From IMG/VR virus record IMGVR_UViG_3300021963_000003, positions 17 to 64,016 of that record: a stretch of 64,000 nucleotides of DNA; one strand, written 5' to 3'. The notes beneath the pieces were generated by a model. It was not told the origin of the DNA, ran no database searches, and saw nothing but the letters and a program-made list of their open reading frames with translations. Shown here piece after piece: positions 29,950 through 40,958 of this stretch. The translations under genes and the position numbers were made by a program. The stretch is from a virus (lineage: Duplodnaviria > Caudoviricetes). Positions within the stretch are counted from its first letter, which is position 1, and every line of letters begins with the position of its first letter.

Positions 29950-32900
29950 TTATTTGTTTTTTAATAAGTTAATTTCTGTAGATAATTCTTGGATAGCTTT
30001 AACAAGTACAGGTACTATTTTGGAATAGTCAACGCCTTGCATTCTTTCTTCATCTTTTTGTCCTGTTACTGCATAAGATAATATTTCAGCAAATTCGTGT
30101 GCTACAACTCCATACATTCTTGTTTTATCAGACTTCCATTTGTAATCGTATGTTTTTATTCTGTTTATTAAATCAATGCCTACAAAGTCTTTTAAATCTT
30201 CTTTTAATCTGTAGTCAGATGCTGTAGCATAGTTAGTTGTTGAACCATTAGTGCTAATCCCTCCGACATAAGTGCCATTTACAAAATGAGCAGTAAAATC
30301 ACCACTTGTATAACCTGAAGCCTTTGACCAATAATGATTTGAGTTGTTATTAACTTGTGATGAAGTTACACCCCCACCAATTGTTACACCTACGTTTACA
30401 GATGAACCTGTACCATTTCCTGTGGCATTTGTAGTTCCAAATAATACTGAACCCCCACTTAAAATTCGCATACGTTCACTTCCATTTGTATAAAATGCTA
30501 AAGGAATATTTGCCTCTACATTCCATCTTACTTGAGTATCGCTCCAATCTATATATCCAAGTCTTGTAACTTTATTTGTATTATAAAATAATATATCGGA
30601 ATATCCACTTGCTCCACTACCTATAAATTCCATATTATCGCCAGTTGCCCCTCTTTGAATAGATAATAAGGATGCAGGCGAACTCGTTCCAATTCCTACG
30701 TTGCCAGCAGAAGTAATTGTCATTCTTGCAGTTTGGTTAGTACCAAATTGTAAAGCAGTATTTGAAACTGATTGCAAAAGTGTAGCATAAGCTAAACTTC
30801 CAATCATTAAATCTGAGCCTACATTATTTTCTATCCCAAAGGACGCAATTCCCGATGTATTAGAGGCTCTATAAGCATTAACTGAACCAGTTGTTGCACC
30901 ATTACTATTAAAATTTGCAGACGAACTACCCAAACTACTTGTAACACTACTCGAAAACGTAGCTGCGCCTGTGGAGGCAATAGTTAATCTTGTCGTACCA
31001 GCATTTTTAATTAATAAAGCTCCTGAATTTTGAATAGAAAATATTTCATTAGTAGCATTATCTTCTATGATAAAAGCATAATTTGTAGATGTTGAACTTG
31101 TTGCTCTTAATAATAAAGTTGTACTAGCGTATGTTGCTCCACTTGTTGCTAACCCTAAATTTGTACCATTATCAAATATTAAACTATTACCAATTGTAGT
31201 ACTTGAAGTAAATTTAGCGTGATAATTAGTCGTTCCACTTAATGTAGCAGCCTTAGCATTTAATTGAGTTTGGATAGCACTTGTAACTCCCTTTACATAA
31301 GATAGTTCTGTAAGTGAAGGATATGTTGCAACCGCTAAACTTGCTATTGAAGTTGTACTATTAAAATAAGCCAACTCATTTATTGTACCCGTTCCCGTTA
31401 CGGGATTGGTAATAATTGTTTGGTAAGTACTTGATGCACTTGCGGTAGTTAAATAAGTGCTATTGTCGTAAGATATAGTTGTACCACTTATTTTAACAAA
31501 TCCCGTACCATTTAAAGCAGGTTGCCCACCTAAACCAACTAACGTATAAGTTGGAATATTCAGTACGTTAGAAACTAATGTAGCCGCACCACTTGAACCT
31601 GTAACTGTTAACGAAGTAATTCTGTTAGTATAAGCCGTATCCCAAGTTGCAATAGATGCAGTTGTTGGTATCTCGTAACCAGCAGTTAGACTAAATACTC
31701 CTGTTGTATTGGTATATGTAAGTCCTGTAGCAGAAGAAGATAGCCCCGTTAATGTTATATAATTAGAACCGTTTGTTAGTTGGCTATTATTAGTAGGAAT
31801 TGTTATTACTCCTGTTGTAGAATTATATCCTCCACTTCCTGCTACAAAACTTAATGACGCTAATGTTATGTAATTAGAACCGTTTGTTAAATGAGTGTTG
31901 TTTGTAGGAATTGTTATAACCCCTGTAGTGTTATTATATGCTCCACTTCCCGCTACAAAACTTAATGCAGTTAAAGCAATATAATTATTTGGGTTAGTTG
32001 CATTATAAGGTGTAAAACCTAACGTTGTCGCAATAGACTTCTTTTCCCATAAACTATTAGATGTATTATATGCTATAATATCATTATTAGCAGGAGATTG
32101 AGCCGATACATTATGAATCTCATCTAGTTCATATCCGTTCTGAATCTTAACTTCTATCTGTCCTAATGAAACGTGGCTTCTTGTAACAATACCTATGTAA
32201 ACTAAGTGGATAGGGGCATATTGTTTTGTAGCAGTATATGTTCCTGCAACGGTTCCTGACAAGTAAAGTTGTTGCCCTTCAGTAAATGCAGAAGTATCTA
32301 ATCCAACTAAGTCTCCTGTTATTACAACGTAGCCTTCCGCATTATTAGCAATGTTTGCTTGACATAATCCAAAGGTCTGTGCTGACGTAGAATCTCCTGT
32401 AGCTAATGCCTTGCTTACAATAGGATTGTTTCCCGTAGCACCACTTATGTAGACAACCGTTCCCTTAGTTAAGGTAGCACCTGTCTGATTTCTTACAAGT
32501 CTAACTAAAGAACCTGACTGCCCAGCCACAGGGAAAGTAATTAAACTTCCATCTCCCGCCACATATTGAGCAGTTGTTCCCGTAGGGTTTGGATAGTAAG
32601 TAGCGGTATCATAAGAAATTGTACCTGCAATAGATTTAACAAAACCTGTACCCGATAAACTCGCTTGCTTGGCGTTTAATGCGGTCTGTAAGTCAGTTTG
32701 ATTAGATAATGTTCCTGTGATACCACCCCATATAGTTCCAACCGTAGGGGAAACCTCAATGTAAGTAGCCCCGCTCCAGCGATATATCTTGTTAGTATCT
32801 AATGCAACGTATATCTTACCCGTCTCTCCTGTAGCAGGTAGTGCCGCTAAGTTAGCAAACTCCAACACATCGTCTACATAAGAAGGCAACTGAGTAGAAG

Positions 32901-35139
32901 GAACTAATCCTCCTCCATCTAAGGAAGCGTAGCCATTAGCAATACCTTTATTCGCTGCGTTCTCAGGTGTAAACCCTAGGGCAGTAGTTACGTTACCACT
33001 TGTGATACCCGTTATGTATCCAGCCCCATTTGTAATTTGATTGTTATTAGTAGGGATAGTTATAACACCTGTAGTATTATTGTACGCTCCACTTCCTGCT
33101 GCAAAACTTAAAGAAGTCAAGGCAATATAAGCGGACGGATTTGTTGCGTTGTAGGGGGTATACGTTAACGCAGTTGTAACATCAGAACTTGTTAAGGTGA
33201 TTGCACCAGTTCGTGTATTAAAGCTCGTTACACCGCCTTGATAAGCGGGAATATTTAGGACTCCTGTAGTATTATTATAGGTAGCACTTCCGCTTGTTCC
33301 TGTAGTAGTAAGACTTATGGCAGCTCGTGCTCTAGCGTCTGTGTAATAAAGGTTAGTTACCTCCGTAACCAACGCTGTAGTATAGTCTCCCGCTGTAGGA
33401 GTGATAGCACCTGTCCTAGAATTAAACGAGGTAACACCACTAGCTATAGTCCAACTCCTATCAGCAGACAAGTCAAAGCTAACTCCATTAATGGTTAGAT
33501 TTCTATTGGTAGGAACTGGCGTATAAGTTAATGCTGTTGTGACATCTGCACTAGACAAAACTATCGCACCAGTCCTAGTATTAAAGGAGGTTACACCCCC
33601 AATATAAGAAGGGATATTTAATACCCCTGTTGTATTATCGTAAGTAGCTGCTCCTGTAGTGCCTGTAGTAGTTAAGCTTATAGAAGTCCTAGCTCTTGCA
33701 CTAGTAAAGTATAGGTTAGTGTTTTCAGGTACGTTTGCAGTATTTAATGTAGCCAAAGCCCCTGCTCCCGTAATATATTGAGCTGAATTACCCGTTGCAG
33801 CTATAGCAAGCGTACCTGCAGTAGTTATAGGAGAACCCGTAATACTAAATGCCGCAGGAACAGTTAAAGCTACACTTGTAACAGTACCTACGTTAGCAGT
33901 AGCACCTGAAGCAATCCCATCTAACTTAGTCTTATCAGACGCACTCATCGCTCCCGCACTACCTGTAGTAGCAGCAGCTAACGAAAGAGCCTGAGTAGAG
34001 ATGCTTAGTCCATTAGCAGTACCAATGGTAACAGGGTTATGAAACCTTGAGTCGTTACCTTGAGCAAATGTATTTATTAGTGTGCCAAAGGTAGGGGAGT
34101 AGGTAATATTATTATTTGTAACTATAGGCACTAGTGCCGCATTCCCCGAAACAAATGTTAAAGTACTTCCTAGTGGAACAGCGTCTGTATTTGTGCCGTC
34201 AGATATATTGAATGAGTTAGCCCCCGAAACAGCTAACGAAAATGTTAGCATCTTAGTTGACTGGTAGGTATATGTTCCTGAATAAGGCTCAAGTATTGAC
34301 AACAACTCTCTTAGGATAGGCTCAGAACCATCTTGTGTGGTGGTCTGGTGCATAGCAATCAAGTGAGAATATAACGCAATAACTAAGTCATACTGCTCAC
34401 TTAATAAATTAAATTGCGTGTCATTAGTCTCCTTATATGCATCTATAATTACCCTATAAGCATTAATCTTTTGAACTAACTCTAGTTGATTAGGACATTT
34501 CCTAATATCAAACGTCTTAGAGAAAGTTCTTGTATATAAGATTGTTAGCCAAGCGTTAGAAGTATGGGTATAGGCTACAGATACAGCACTTGTAGGAGTA
34601 TAAACCCCCTCATAATAGTTTGCTCCAGAAACAACCGTAACTGTATTTGTTGACGTAGATGTTACAGGAGAGCTAGCTGACACCTCAGAAGTGCTAGGGA
34701 ATGAACCAGTAATAGTTCTTGTAAGAGCCCCCGTAAAACTACCAATAGGAGAATAAGAAGTAAGGTCTTTAAATACTACTTCGGGAGTAATAACATCTGA
34801 GAAGTTAGTAAGTCCATTACTTGGTTCAACCCAATTAAAATCAAATGTTCTTACTAATGGGGTCTGCCCAGCAGAAAGATTATTTATAACCGCATAAGAT
34901 ATAATATAAGTACCTGTAACTACGTTGCCACTTGCATCTACTTCGCAAGGAACATCTATAAAATTTCCAGCAGTAGATATATCAGGAGTACTAAAGTCAG
35001 GTAAGTTTCTAACAACTCCGTTAGGAAACTCTACTTTAAAGCATCCTTTGCCGTATGTAAAGCCTGTTGAGGTGTCTGTTAAGCGAATAACTTTTGTCGC
35101 AACGCTTATTCTAAACTGTATATTGAATGTTACTGCCAT
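29950..35139 (-). CDS. Long tail fibre with internal repeats and S74 chaperone
   Basis: 1729 aa; GVTSFN.RTGAI repeats; GNVGIGT; SDYRLKE..G..AHE..VDYSK..LVKAIQEL. Confidence 0.85.
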   Translation of the reverse strand: MAVTFNIQFRISVATKVIRLTDTSTGFTYGKGCFKVEFPNGVVRNLPDFSTPDISTAGNFIDVPCEVDASGNVVTGTYIISYAVINNLSAGQTPLVRTFDFNWVEPSNGLTNFSDVITPEVVFKDLTSYSPIGSFTGALTRTITGSFPSTSEVSASSPVTSTSTNTVTVVSGANYYEGVYTPTSAVSVAYTHTSNAWLTILYTRTFSKTFDIRKCPNQLELVQKINAYRVIIDAYKETNDTQFNLLSEQYDLVIALYSHLIAMHQTTTQDGSEPILRELLSILEPYSGTYTYQSTKMLTFSLAVSGANSFNISDGTNTDAVPLGSTLTFVSGNAALVPIVTNNNITYSPTFGTLINTFAQGNDSRFHNPVTIGTANGLSISTQALSLAAATTGSAGAMSASDKTKLDGIASGATANVGTVTSVALTVPAAFSITGSPITTAGTLAIAATGNSAQYITGAGALATLNTANVPENTNLYFTSARARTSISLTTTGTTGAATYDNTTGVLNIPSYIGGVTSFNTRTGAIVLSSADVTTALTYTPVPTNRNLTINGVSFDLSADRSWTIASGVTSFNSRTGAITPTAGDYTTALVTEVTNLYYTDARARAAISLTTTGTSGSATYNNTTGVLNIPAYQGGVTSFNTRTGAITLTSSDVTTALTYTPYNATNPSAYIALTSLSFAAGSGAYNNTTGVITIPTNNNQITNGAGYITGITSGNVTTALGFTPENAANKGIANGYASLDGGGLVPSTQLPSYVDDVLEFANLAALPATGETGKIYVALDTNKIYRWSGATYIEVSPTVGTIWGGITGTLSNQTDLQTALNAKQASLSGTGFVKSIAGTISYDTATYYPNPTGTTAQYVAGDGSLITFPVAGQSGSLVRLVRNQTGATLTKGTVVYISGATGNNPIVSKALATGDSTSAQTFGLCQANIANNAEGYVVITGDLVGLDTSAFTEGQQLYLSGTVAGTYTATKQYAPIHLVYIGIVTRSHVSLGQIEVKIQNGYELDEIHNVSAQSPANNDIIAYNTSNSLWEKKSIATTLGFTPYNATNPNNYIALTALSFVAGSGAYNNTTGVITIPTNNTHLTNGSNYITLASLSFVAGSGGYNSTTGVITIPTNNSQLTNGSNYITLTGLSSSATGLTYTNTTGVFSLTAGYEIPTTASIATWDTAYTNRITSLTVTGSSGAATLVSNVLNIPTYTLVGLGGQPALNGTGFVKISGTTISYDNSTYLTTASASSTYQTIITNPVTGTGTINELAYFNSTTSIASLAVATYPSLTELSYVKGVTSAIQTQLNAKAATLSGTTNYHAKFTSSTTIGNSLIFDNGTNLGLATSGATYASTTLLLRATSSTSTNYAFIIEDNATNEIFSIQNSGALLIKNAGTTRLTIASTGAATFSSSVTSSLGSSSANFNSNGATTGSVNAYRASNTSGIASFGIENNVGSDLMIGSLAYATLLQSVSNTALQFGTNQTARMTITSAGNVGIGTSSPASLLSIQRGATGDNMEFIGSGASGYSDILFYNTNKVTRLGYIDWSDTQVRWNVEANIPLAFYTNGSERMRILSGGSVLFGTTNATGNGTGSSVNVGVTIGGGVTSSQVNNNSNHYWSKASGYTSGDFTAHFVNGTYVGGISTNGSTTNYATASDYRLKEDLKDFVGIDLINRIKTYDYKWKSDKTRMYGVVAHEFAEILSYAVTGQKDEERMQGVDYSKIVPVLVKAIQELSTEINLLKNK

Positions 35140-35187
35140 ATCAGAGCCAAGTATAATTTGTGTAAATATACTATAATTTATTAACCT

Positions 35188-35223
35188 ATAAAAAAAGAAA
35201 GAGACTACAATATGTAGCCTCTT
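35188..35223 (-). terminator. Intrinsic terminator
   Basis: Minus strand GAGGCTAC-ATATT-GTAGTCTC followed by a T run. Confidence 0.65.
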
Positions 35224-35269
35224 CTAATTAACCTAAACCAAACAAAAAAATGCCAATCCTGTGACGGAT

Positions 35270-36085
35270 TTAACCTAATCGGTTCTTGATAGCTTCTAGC
35301 TCATCTGGGGCATTCTCTTCTAGGTAGTCGGCTAAGTCCTTAATGTAATTCTTATTCGGAGCTTTCTTGTACTTCATTAACTCCTTTCCTGTCTCAGACC
35401 AAGAAAATACTTGGGCGTTAACGTCGTTCTTAATTACACCTTTCTTGATAGCTTCTTTAATCATTGTCTCTAAGCTAAGTGAAGCCCTCTCAACAATATC
35501 CATAAACTCTTCAGGATTCTCCTCTGAGAAGTCCTCTAATTGGTTCCGAATCTCTTCAATTGTCTCCGCATCAATTCCTAATGCCATTGCCACTTCCTTC
35601 GCTCTCTTGTCGTCTAATTCTAAAGCCGTGTTAACTGCCTTAACAATTAACTTACGTAAACTTCTTTCCTCTATAGCTTCTTTCTTGTTGTCTACCCTAT
35701 AAAAGATAGCCTCATTTTCATCGTTTTTATCCTTGTTAGAAGAATTAAAGTTACATAACTCTACAAACTGATAAATCTTTTGGTGAGTAGGATTACTTCC
35801 ATTTAAGAACAAGTAGCCTAAGTTAGATGCCGTAAAAACAATGTTTAAAAATACTGGATTACCATCATTGTCTATTCTTTCAATAGCTGCAATAGTAACA
35901 AATTCACCTTTAGCCTTGTCGTACACTACATCTGTAGATGGTATCTGATAGGCTGCAGGCATTAAAAACTTGCCAAAATTATCTGGGTCAGGTCTTACAT
36001 TAAGTACCCTGTAGCTAGCCCTTTCGTCTGGTTTTAATTTTTTCTGCATACTAGCAGAAAACTGATTGTATTCTGATGCTTTCAT
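35270..36085 (-). CDS. Conserved protein downstream of the major capsid protein (crAss-type assembly protein)
   Basis: 271 aa; position; AI..GVI motif. Confidence 0.6.
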   Translation of the reverse strand: MKASEYNQFSASMQKKLKPDERASYRVLNVRPDPDNFGKFLMPAAYQIPSTDVVYDKAKGEFVTIAAIERIDNDGNPVFLNIVFTASNLGYLFLNGSNPTHQKIYQFVELCNFNSSNKDKNDENEAIFYRVDNKKEAIEERSLRKLIVKAVNTALELDDKRAKEVAMALGIDAETIEEIRNQLEDFSEENPEEFMDIVERASLSLETMIKEAIKKGVIKNDVNAQVFSWSETGKELMKYKKAPNKNYIKDLADYLEENAPDELEAIKNRLG

Positions 36086-36117
36086 CTTTATTATTGTTTG
36101 GTTTTAAAATTATTTTT

Positions 36118-36149
36118 TAAAAAGAGGAGAGAATTTCTTCTCCCCCCTT
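36118..36149 (-). terminator. Intrinsic terminator after the major capsid gene
   Basis: Minus strand AGGGGGGAGAA-GAAA-TTCTCTCCTCT-TTTT. Confidence 0.6.
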
Positions 36150-36172
36150 CCTAATTAATTGCACTAGGTAAA

Positions 36173-37504
36173 CTAAATGTTATACTTAATGAAGTGCTCA
36201 TTGCCTACCGACTCAAATCCTTCGATAGAGCTGTACACGATATCAAGTGTATCAGTATCAGAAGTAGGAGTTGGGGCTAACCCTCCAAGCATCTTTTCTC
36301 TAAAACGAGAATTAACGCCATCAGCCATCTCTAGGTAACGAATCATCATACGGTCTACTTGACCACCGCCTTGCTCAACCTTAATCTTTCCTGCAGGAAC
36401 TAAGTAAGCTTCTTTAGCGTAGTTTACGTTAGTTGCAGTAGAAGTAACTTGAGGATGAGATAAAGCATTTAAACGCTTCTTGTGGAAAGTACGTCCGAAA
36501 GCAGCAAGAGACTGAACGCCTAATGCGATAGCTACATCTTTCTTACCACCGAATGCTCCGTAGTTAATAGCTCCGTTAATGAATTGAGTAGCACCAGTAA
36601 TTGATGTATCAAAAGCATTATCAAAGTCAGCACCAGCCCATAATTGATACTCAGAAGGGCAACGGTTAGCGTCCATCAAACGAGACAAAGCAGACAAGTC
36701 AGACAAAGCAACTGTACCAGCAGATGCAACGTTAGAAGTAATACCTCCAGCGTTGATGATAGTATCACGCAATCCACGAGTTGTGTTGATTGCATTACCA
36801 GCAGCATCAGTTAAGCCAGCAGACTCACGACCAAACAAGATAGAATAAAGGATATCCATTCTATGCTTCAAATAAGCATCGTGTTGTTGCTTTAAGAAGT
36901 AGTAAGGCTTTCCTTTAAATTCAACCTCAATCTTAGAACCGTAAGCGATATCTGTAACAGATGTCTTAGTCTTGAAGATTTGAAGTTTGTTAGAACGCTT
37001 AATCAAATCTGATTTACGCATTTGGTTAGAACCAGTTCCTTCAGCATATGCATTAGAGAAGAAAGATAATTTCGCTCCAGTTGCAGCCGCAGGAATTGCG
37101 TCAGCAGAGTTAACAGGCTTGATAGTAAGAACAGAATCAGTAGCTGAAGAAGCTGCAGAAACATAACCTACAACACCGTTAGCGAACAAAATTAATTCTC
37201 CTACTACAGGCTTAACAGAAGTTGAACCAACAATAGTGATGTCTACAGAAGCACCAGCAGCACCCGCAGAAGTCCCTGGAGTTTTAACTGTAGCCATTGC
37301 ATACAAGAAGTTGTTTTGTACTGTGAAGTACTCAGTTTGAGCAGTAGCCTTAGCCTTACCTGTCCAATCCATAATATCAAGCATAGACGCTTCCTCATCA
37401 TAGATGTCAAGAACGTCCTTTAAAATTTCACGCTGCTCTAGCGTGTTTGTGAAAGAAACCGTAGATAAAAAACTACGGTCAATATTACCTGCTCCAATAG
37501 CCAT
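36173..37504 (-). CDS. Major capsid protein
   Basis: 443 aa; N.LQIFK, ILFG, TTRGL motifs; strong codon bias; follows scaffold and portal. Confidence 0.85.
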   Translation of the reverse strand: MAIGAGNIDRSFLSTVSFTNTLEQREILKDVLDIYDEEASMLDIMDWTGKAKATAQTEYFTVQNNFLYAMATVKTPGTSAGAAGASVDITIVGSTSVKPVVGELILFANGVVGYVSAASSATDSVLTIKPVNSADAIPAAATGAKLSFFSNAYAEGTGSNQMRKSDLIKRSNKLQIFKTKTSVTDIAYGSKIEVEFKGKPYYFLKQQHDAYLKHRMDILYSILFGRESAGLTDAAGNAINTTRGLRDTIINAGGITSNVASAGTVALSDLSALSRLMDANRCPSEYQLWAGADFDNAFDTSITGATQFINGAINYGAFGGKKDVAIALGVQSLAAFGRTFHKKRLNALSHPQVTSTATNVNYAKEAYLVPAGKIKVEQGGGQVDRMMIRYLEMADGVNSRFREKMLGGLAPTPTSDTDTLDIVYSSIEGFESVGNEHFIKYNI

Positions 37505-37531
37505 TTTAGTAATAATTTAAATGTGAATAAC

Positions 37532-38623
37532 TTATTTTCTTACAGTCATTCCTCTTAAAAAGTCTACAGGGTTATCGAAAGGGTTTGTATTTTCGTTACT
37601 TTCAATAACTTCCTTAGAGTTTGTCGGTGGAGTGACATTTTTCAATTCAGCCTCCATCATTTTTCTGCCAAGTGATTTACCGTGTTTAATTAGTTCACTT
37701 ATAAATTGTGTTGGATTCTCAGCGAATGCAACAACCTTAGTCCATTTATCCCAATCAACTTGTCCGTCCTTAGCAAAAGTAGATAAAAACTTACTTGAGT
37801 CTAACGCGTAATCTACAACTTTAGTAGTGTCGCCAATTTGGTAGTTAATACCTTCCCCATTAGCTTCAACTTTAATTAAGTTGTTTTTAACAACTCCCGA
37901 TATTCCACTTTGAATAATCTTTCTGCTCTCAGCTTGCTGCGCTTCTAATTCTTCTGGTGACGGTTGTTGTTCTTGTTGTCCTTGTCCCTGTGGCTGTATT
38001 GACTGAATGAATTGCTGTTGCTCTTCTTTCAAGGCTTTACGTAACTTACCTGCATCTCGCTTTAGTAGTGCGTTACCAACCTCTGTGTCATCCTCGTCGT
38101 AGGATTCAAGATTATATTTATCAAGTTCTTTTTCAAAAAGCCTATTTCTTGCCTTTTCACTTAGGTCTGAGTTCTCTTTGTCAAAGTTGGCTTTTAATAA
38201 ATCAACATCTGACATAGCGTCGTAGTCCTTGCTAGTGGCTTCTAGGAACGGTGTTAGATTTCCATACGTATCGTAGTAGTCTACCGCTTTCTTAATGAAG
38301 TCGTCCTTAAATTTATACTCAGCAGTTGGTTGTGGTTCTACAGATTCTTCTGTCGTAGTAGATTCCTCTTCAATGGTATCCATTGCTTGGTTTCCTATTT
38401 CTACGGCATCCTCTATAGGCTCTTCCTCCTGCGTGGTACTCTCGTCTAATTGATTCTGCTCGTTCGTAGAATCATCTTCAATAGTATCACCACTTCCTTG
38501 CTCTTCGCTAGTAGCATCTTCAGCAGAAACCTGCTCGGATGCGGGGGTGATATCTCTTGGTTTCTTTTCTTCAACGGTATTACTAGGTAATAATTCGTCT
38601 AAATTTATAGTATTCTCTTCCAT
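37532..38623 (-). CDS. Scaffolding protein
   Basis: Acidic disordered N-terminus, coiled coils, between portal and capsid; TAGTTTTG upstream. Confidence 0.7.
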   Translation of the reverse strand: MEENTINLDELLPSNTVEEKKPRDITPASEQVSAEDATSEEQGSGDTIEDDSTNEQNQLDESTTQEEEPIEDAVEIGNQAMDTIEEESTTTEESVEPQPTAEYKFKDDFIKKAVDYYDTYGNLTPFLEATSKDYDAMSDVDLLKANFDKENSDLSEKARNRLFEKELDKYNLESYDEDDTEVGNALLKRDAGKLRKALKEEQQQFIQSIQPQGQGQQEQQPSPEELEAQQAESRKIIQSGISGVVKNNLIKVEANGEGINYQIGDTTKVVDYALDSSKFLSTFAKDGQVDWDKWTKVVAFAENPTQFISELIKHGKSLGRKMMEAELKNVTPPTNSKEVIESNENTNPFDNPVDFLRGMTVRK

Positions 38624-38662
38624 TGTTTACTCTATTTTCTGTTTGGTGGTACAAAACTAAAA

Positions 38663-40954
38663 CTATTTTTTCAATTCCGACATCTTTTGATTTTTTATTT
38701 GTTGGACAAATTCGCGGCTGTCTGATTCTATTTTGGATACATTTATTTTCCCTTCTATTCTACCTTGTTCCATTAATGCTTCTCCTTGTTGTTTTTGTGC
38801 AAGCAATTGAGACTCAAGTTGTTTCTCCATCTGGATTACCTGCATCTTAATTTGAGCTTCCATCTGAAGTGTTTGTTGCTTAGCTTGTTCTGCTGCCATT
38901 GCTGACTGCTGTTGAATCTGCCCGTTCATTTGTTGTGCTTCCATTGCCCTTTGTTGAGTCTCCTCTTGGTTCTTTTTAATTCTATATCCAAGAAGCACCT
39001 CAGCGTACTTAAGGTTCTCTAGGTTTTCAATCATCATAGCGTCAGCTAAGGTAATCTGGTTTGATTGGATAGCCTGCTCAATTCTTCTTGATAGTTTTTC
39101 TTTCTCAAACTCAGTTGGCTTCTGGCGTATCTTTAGTCCGCACTCGTATGCTGAAACCTCGGGGTCTAACTTAAAGAACTGAACGCTCTCGCTTCCTAGT
39201 GCTCTGATATAACCTGATATTGTGCCGTTTATTGCACTATCTTGTATCCTAAGTGTTAAATCATAACATAATCTTTCCAACAAGTCTCTTTCGGCTCTCT
39301 TGATAAAGTCTAATGAGTTGTTAGTAGACTCACTTGCGTACTTAGCCACCCCGTTTAATGTGCGTGGGTCAGGAGTAGAGCCGTCTGTAATCTCGTTAAA
39401 TCCTAGAATGTCCCTAAGTAAATCAATATTCTGTTTAATAATATTAAAGTACTGTACAGCCTCGTTTCCAATACCGTTATCAAGTTCTTCAATAGGCTTG
39501 TAATTACTTGCTTGCCCTTCGTCATTTAATCTTCTATAAACTAAGTTACCTGTCTGATTGTATAAGTCTAAAATCTCCATTGGCTTTAATGCACGTCCTG
39601 CCTTTCCTAATGGAACGCCTTCGAGTGCACCAAGCTCAATCATAATACCTCTAGGTCTAGCCCTTAGCATTACGTTCTGTAGCTTGTACCACGCTAACTG
39701 TATTTGGTCAGCTAAACTCTTCATCTGGTCTCCTAGTGAGTAGGTAGCCATCTGGTACATATTAGGTGCTGCAATATGATAAGAAAGAGATGTGTCTGTT
39801 AACGACGACTTTGCTCTTTTCATATTTGTAGCAAGACCGCAGTCAAAAAATACATCTGAGCCTAGGACCCACTTTCCCTTGTAGACAACCTTGTAGTCTG
39901 TCTTAGAATACTTCTTATCTGAACGGTTAGCCTTTGCTTTCGCCGCCCTTCCTACGACTGTGTTGCCTTTGGAGTTTACTCTCTCTTCTAGCACCATTGA
40001 GTTATAAGAAAAGAACTCTAAGTCCATAACCTTAATTCTAAACCCGTCGTATATCCCGTCGTTGTTGTTATTGAGGTCTCGCATTGCAGAACTTGTATTA
40101 TACTTGTTCGCATACTTTTCTGAAATCATTTGGTAGTCCTCGTCACTTATCTTGTCTCCTGCCATCTGCTTCAAGTCCGCAATTGTCATCTCGGTTACTT
40201 CGCCTACGTACTGAATGTCCTTGAAGTTAGGGTCAGTAGTGTAGCTCATTACCAAGTTCATTGGATTAATTCGCTTAATCTTAATGTTACCTTGTGCGTC
40301 AAAGTATTCCTTGTATCCCCCTATGCCCCAGTCGTGTAAGTCTTCTACAACCTTAACCCTTTCGTTATCAAACTTATTTAGACTCATTATAAGTTCAAGC
40401 CCCTGCTCCATCTCAATTGCCATCCTGTGCTTGTATGAGTAGTTCATATACATATCAAGCTCCTGCATACTAGATGCATCCATCTCTGGGTCGGGTACTA
40501 TCTCTGGGTCTACCCCTTGTTTTTCAAATTCTTTTTTTAAGATTATCTTAGCAGCGTTGTCGGCATAAAATTTCTGCTTGTCGTCCTGTGCTACGGGGTC
40601 AACCGCGTCTACAGAAATAGAAAAGTCGGTTTTAAGCAAGGTAGCTAAGGCTATCCTCCTAAACTTAGGGATGATAGGGAGTATGTCCCAGTTAATGTTA
40701 ATCCAAGACTGGTCCTCGTTGGCGACTTCCCTCGGCTGTAGCAACTTCTTGTATCTACTAACCGACTGTTTACCATACATATACAACTTAATCTCGTGGT
40801 ACTTGTCCCTTCCGTTGTACATCTGGTTAGGGTAGTAGGTTGAAAAGTCTGACCACGCAGCCTTAATGTATTGAGCAACCCAATTCTTATCTTTTAGATT
40901 TGAGTCAATGGTGTGGCTAGGAAAGCCGTTGATAACTGGACTTGTTTCGTTCAT
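38663..40954 (-). CDS. Portal protein (crAss-like)
   Basis: 763 aa; Y..G.QS..RYK, N.NW..LPIIPKF, LY.QTG...R, G.NE..DGSTP motifs; Q-rich barrel. Confidence 0.9.
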   Translation of the reverse strand: MNETSPVINGFPSHTIDSNLKDKNWVAQYIKAAWSDFSTYYPNQMYNGRDKYHEIKLYMYGKQSVSRYKKLLQPREVANEDQSWININWDILPIIPKFRRIALATLLKTDFSISVDAVDPVAQDDKQKFYADNAAKIILKKEFEKQGVDPEIVPDPEMDASSMQELDMYMNYSYKHRMAIEMEQGLELIMSLNKFDNERVKVVEDLHDWGIGGYKEYFDAQGNIKIKRINPMNLVMSYTTDPNFKDIQYVGEVTEMTIADLKQMAGDKISDEDYQMISEKYANKYNTSSAMRDLNNNNDGIYDGFRIKVMDLEFFSYNSMVLEERVNSKGNTVVGRAAKAKANRSDKKYSKTDYKVVYKGKWVLGSDVFFDCGLATNMKRAKSSLTDTSLSYHIAAPNMYQMATYSLGDQMKSLADQIQLAWYKLQNVMLRARPRGIMIELGALEGVPLGKAGRALKPMEILDLYNQTGNLVYRRLNDEGQASNYKPIEELDNGIGNEAVQYFNIIKQNIDLLRDILGFNEITDGSTPDPRTLNGVAKYASESTNNSLDFIKRAERDLLERLCYDLTLRIQDSAINGTISGYIRALGSESVQFFKLDPEVSAYECGLKIRQKPTEFEKEKLSRRIEQAIQSNQITLADAMMIENLENLKYAEVLLGYRIKKNQEETQQRAMEAQQMNGQIQQQSAMAAEQAKQQTLQMEAQIKMQVIQMEKQLESQLLAQKQQGEALMEQGRIEGKINVSKIESDSREFVQQIKNQKMSELKK

Positions 40955-40958
40955 AATT

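Noticed and set aside
24504-35139. Diversity-generating retroelement acting on the tail fibres
   Set aside because: No reverse transcriptase and no adenine-specific TR/VR pair seen.
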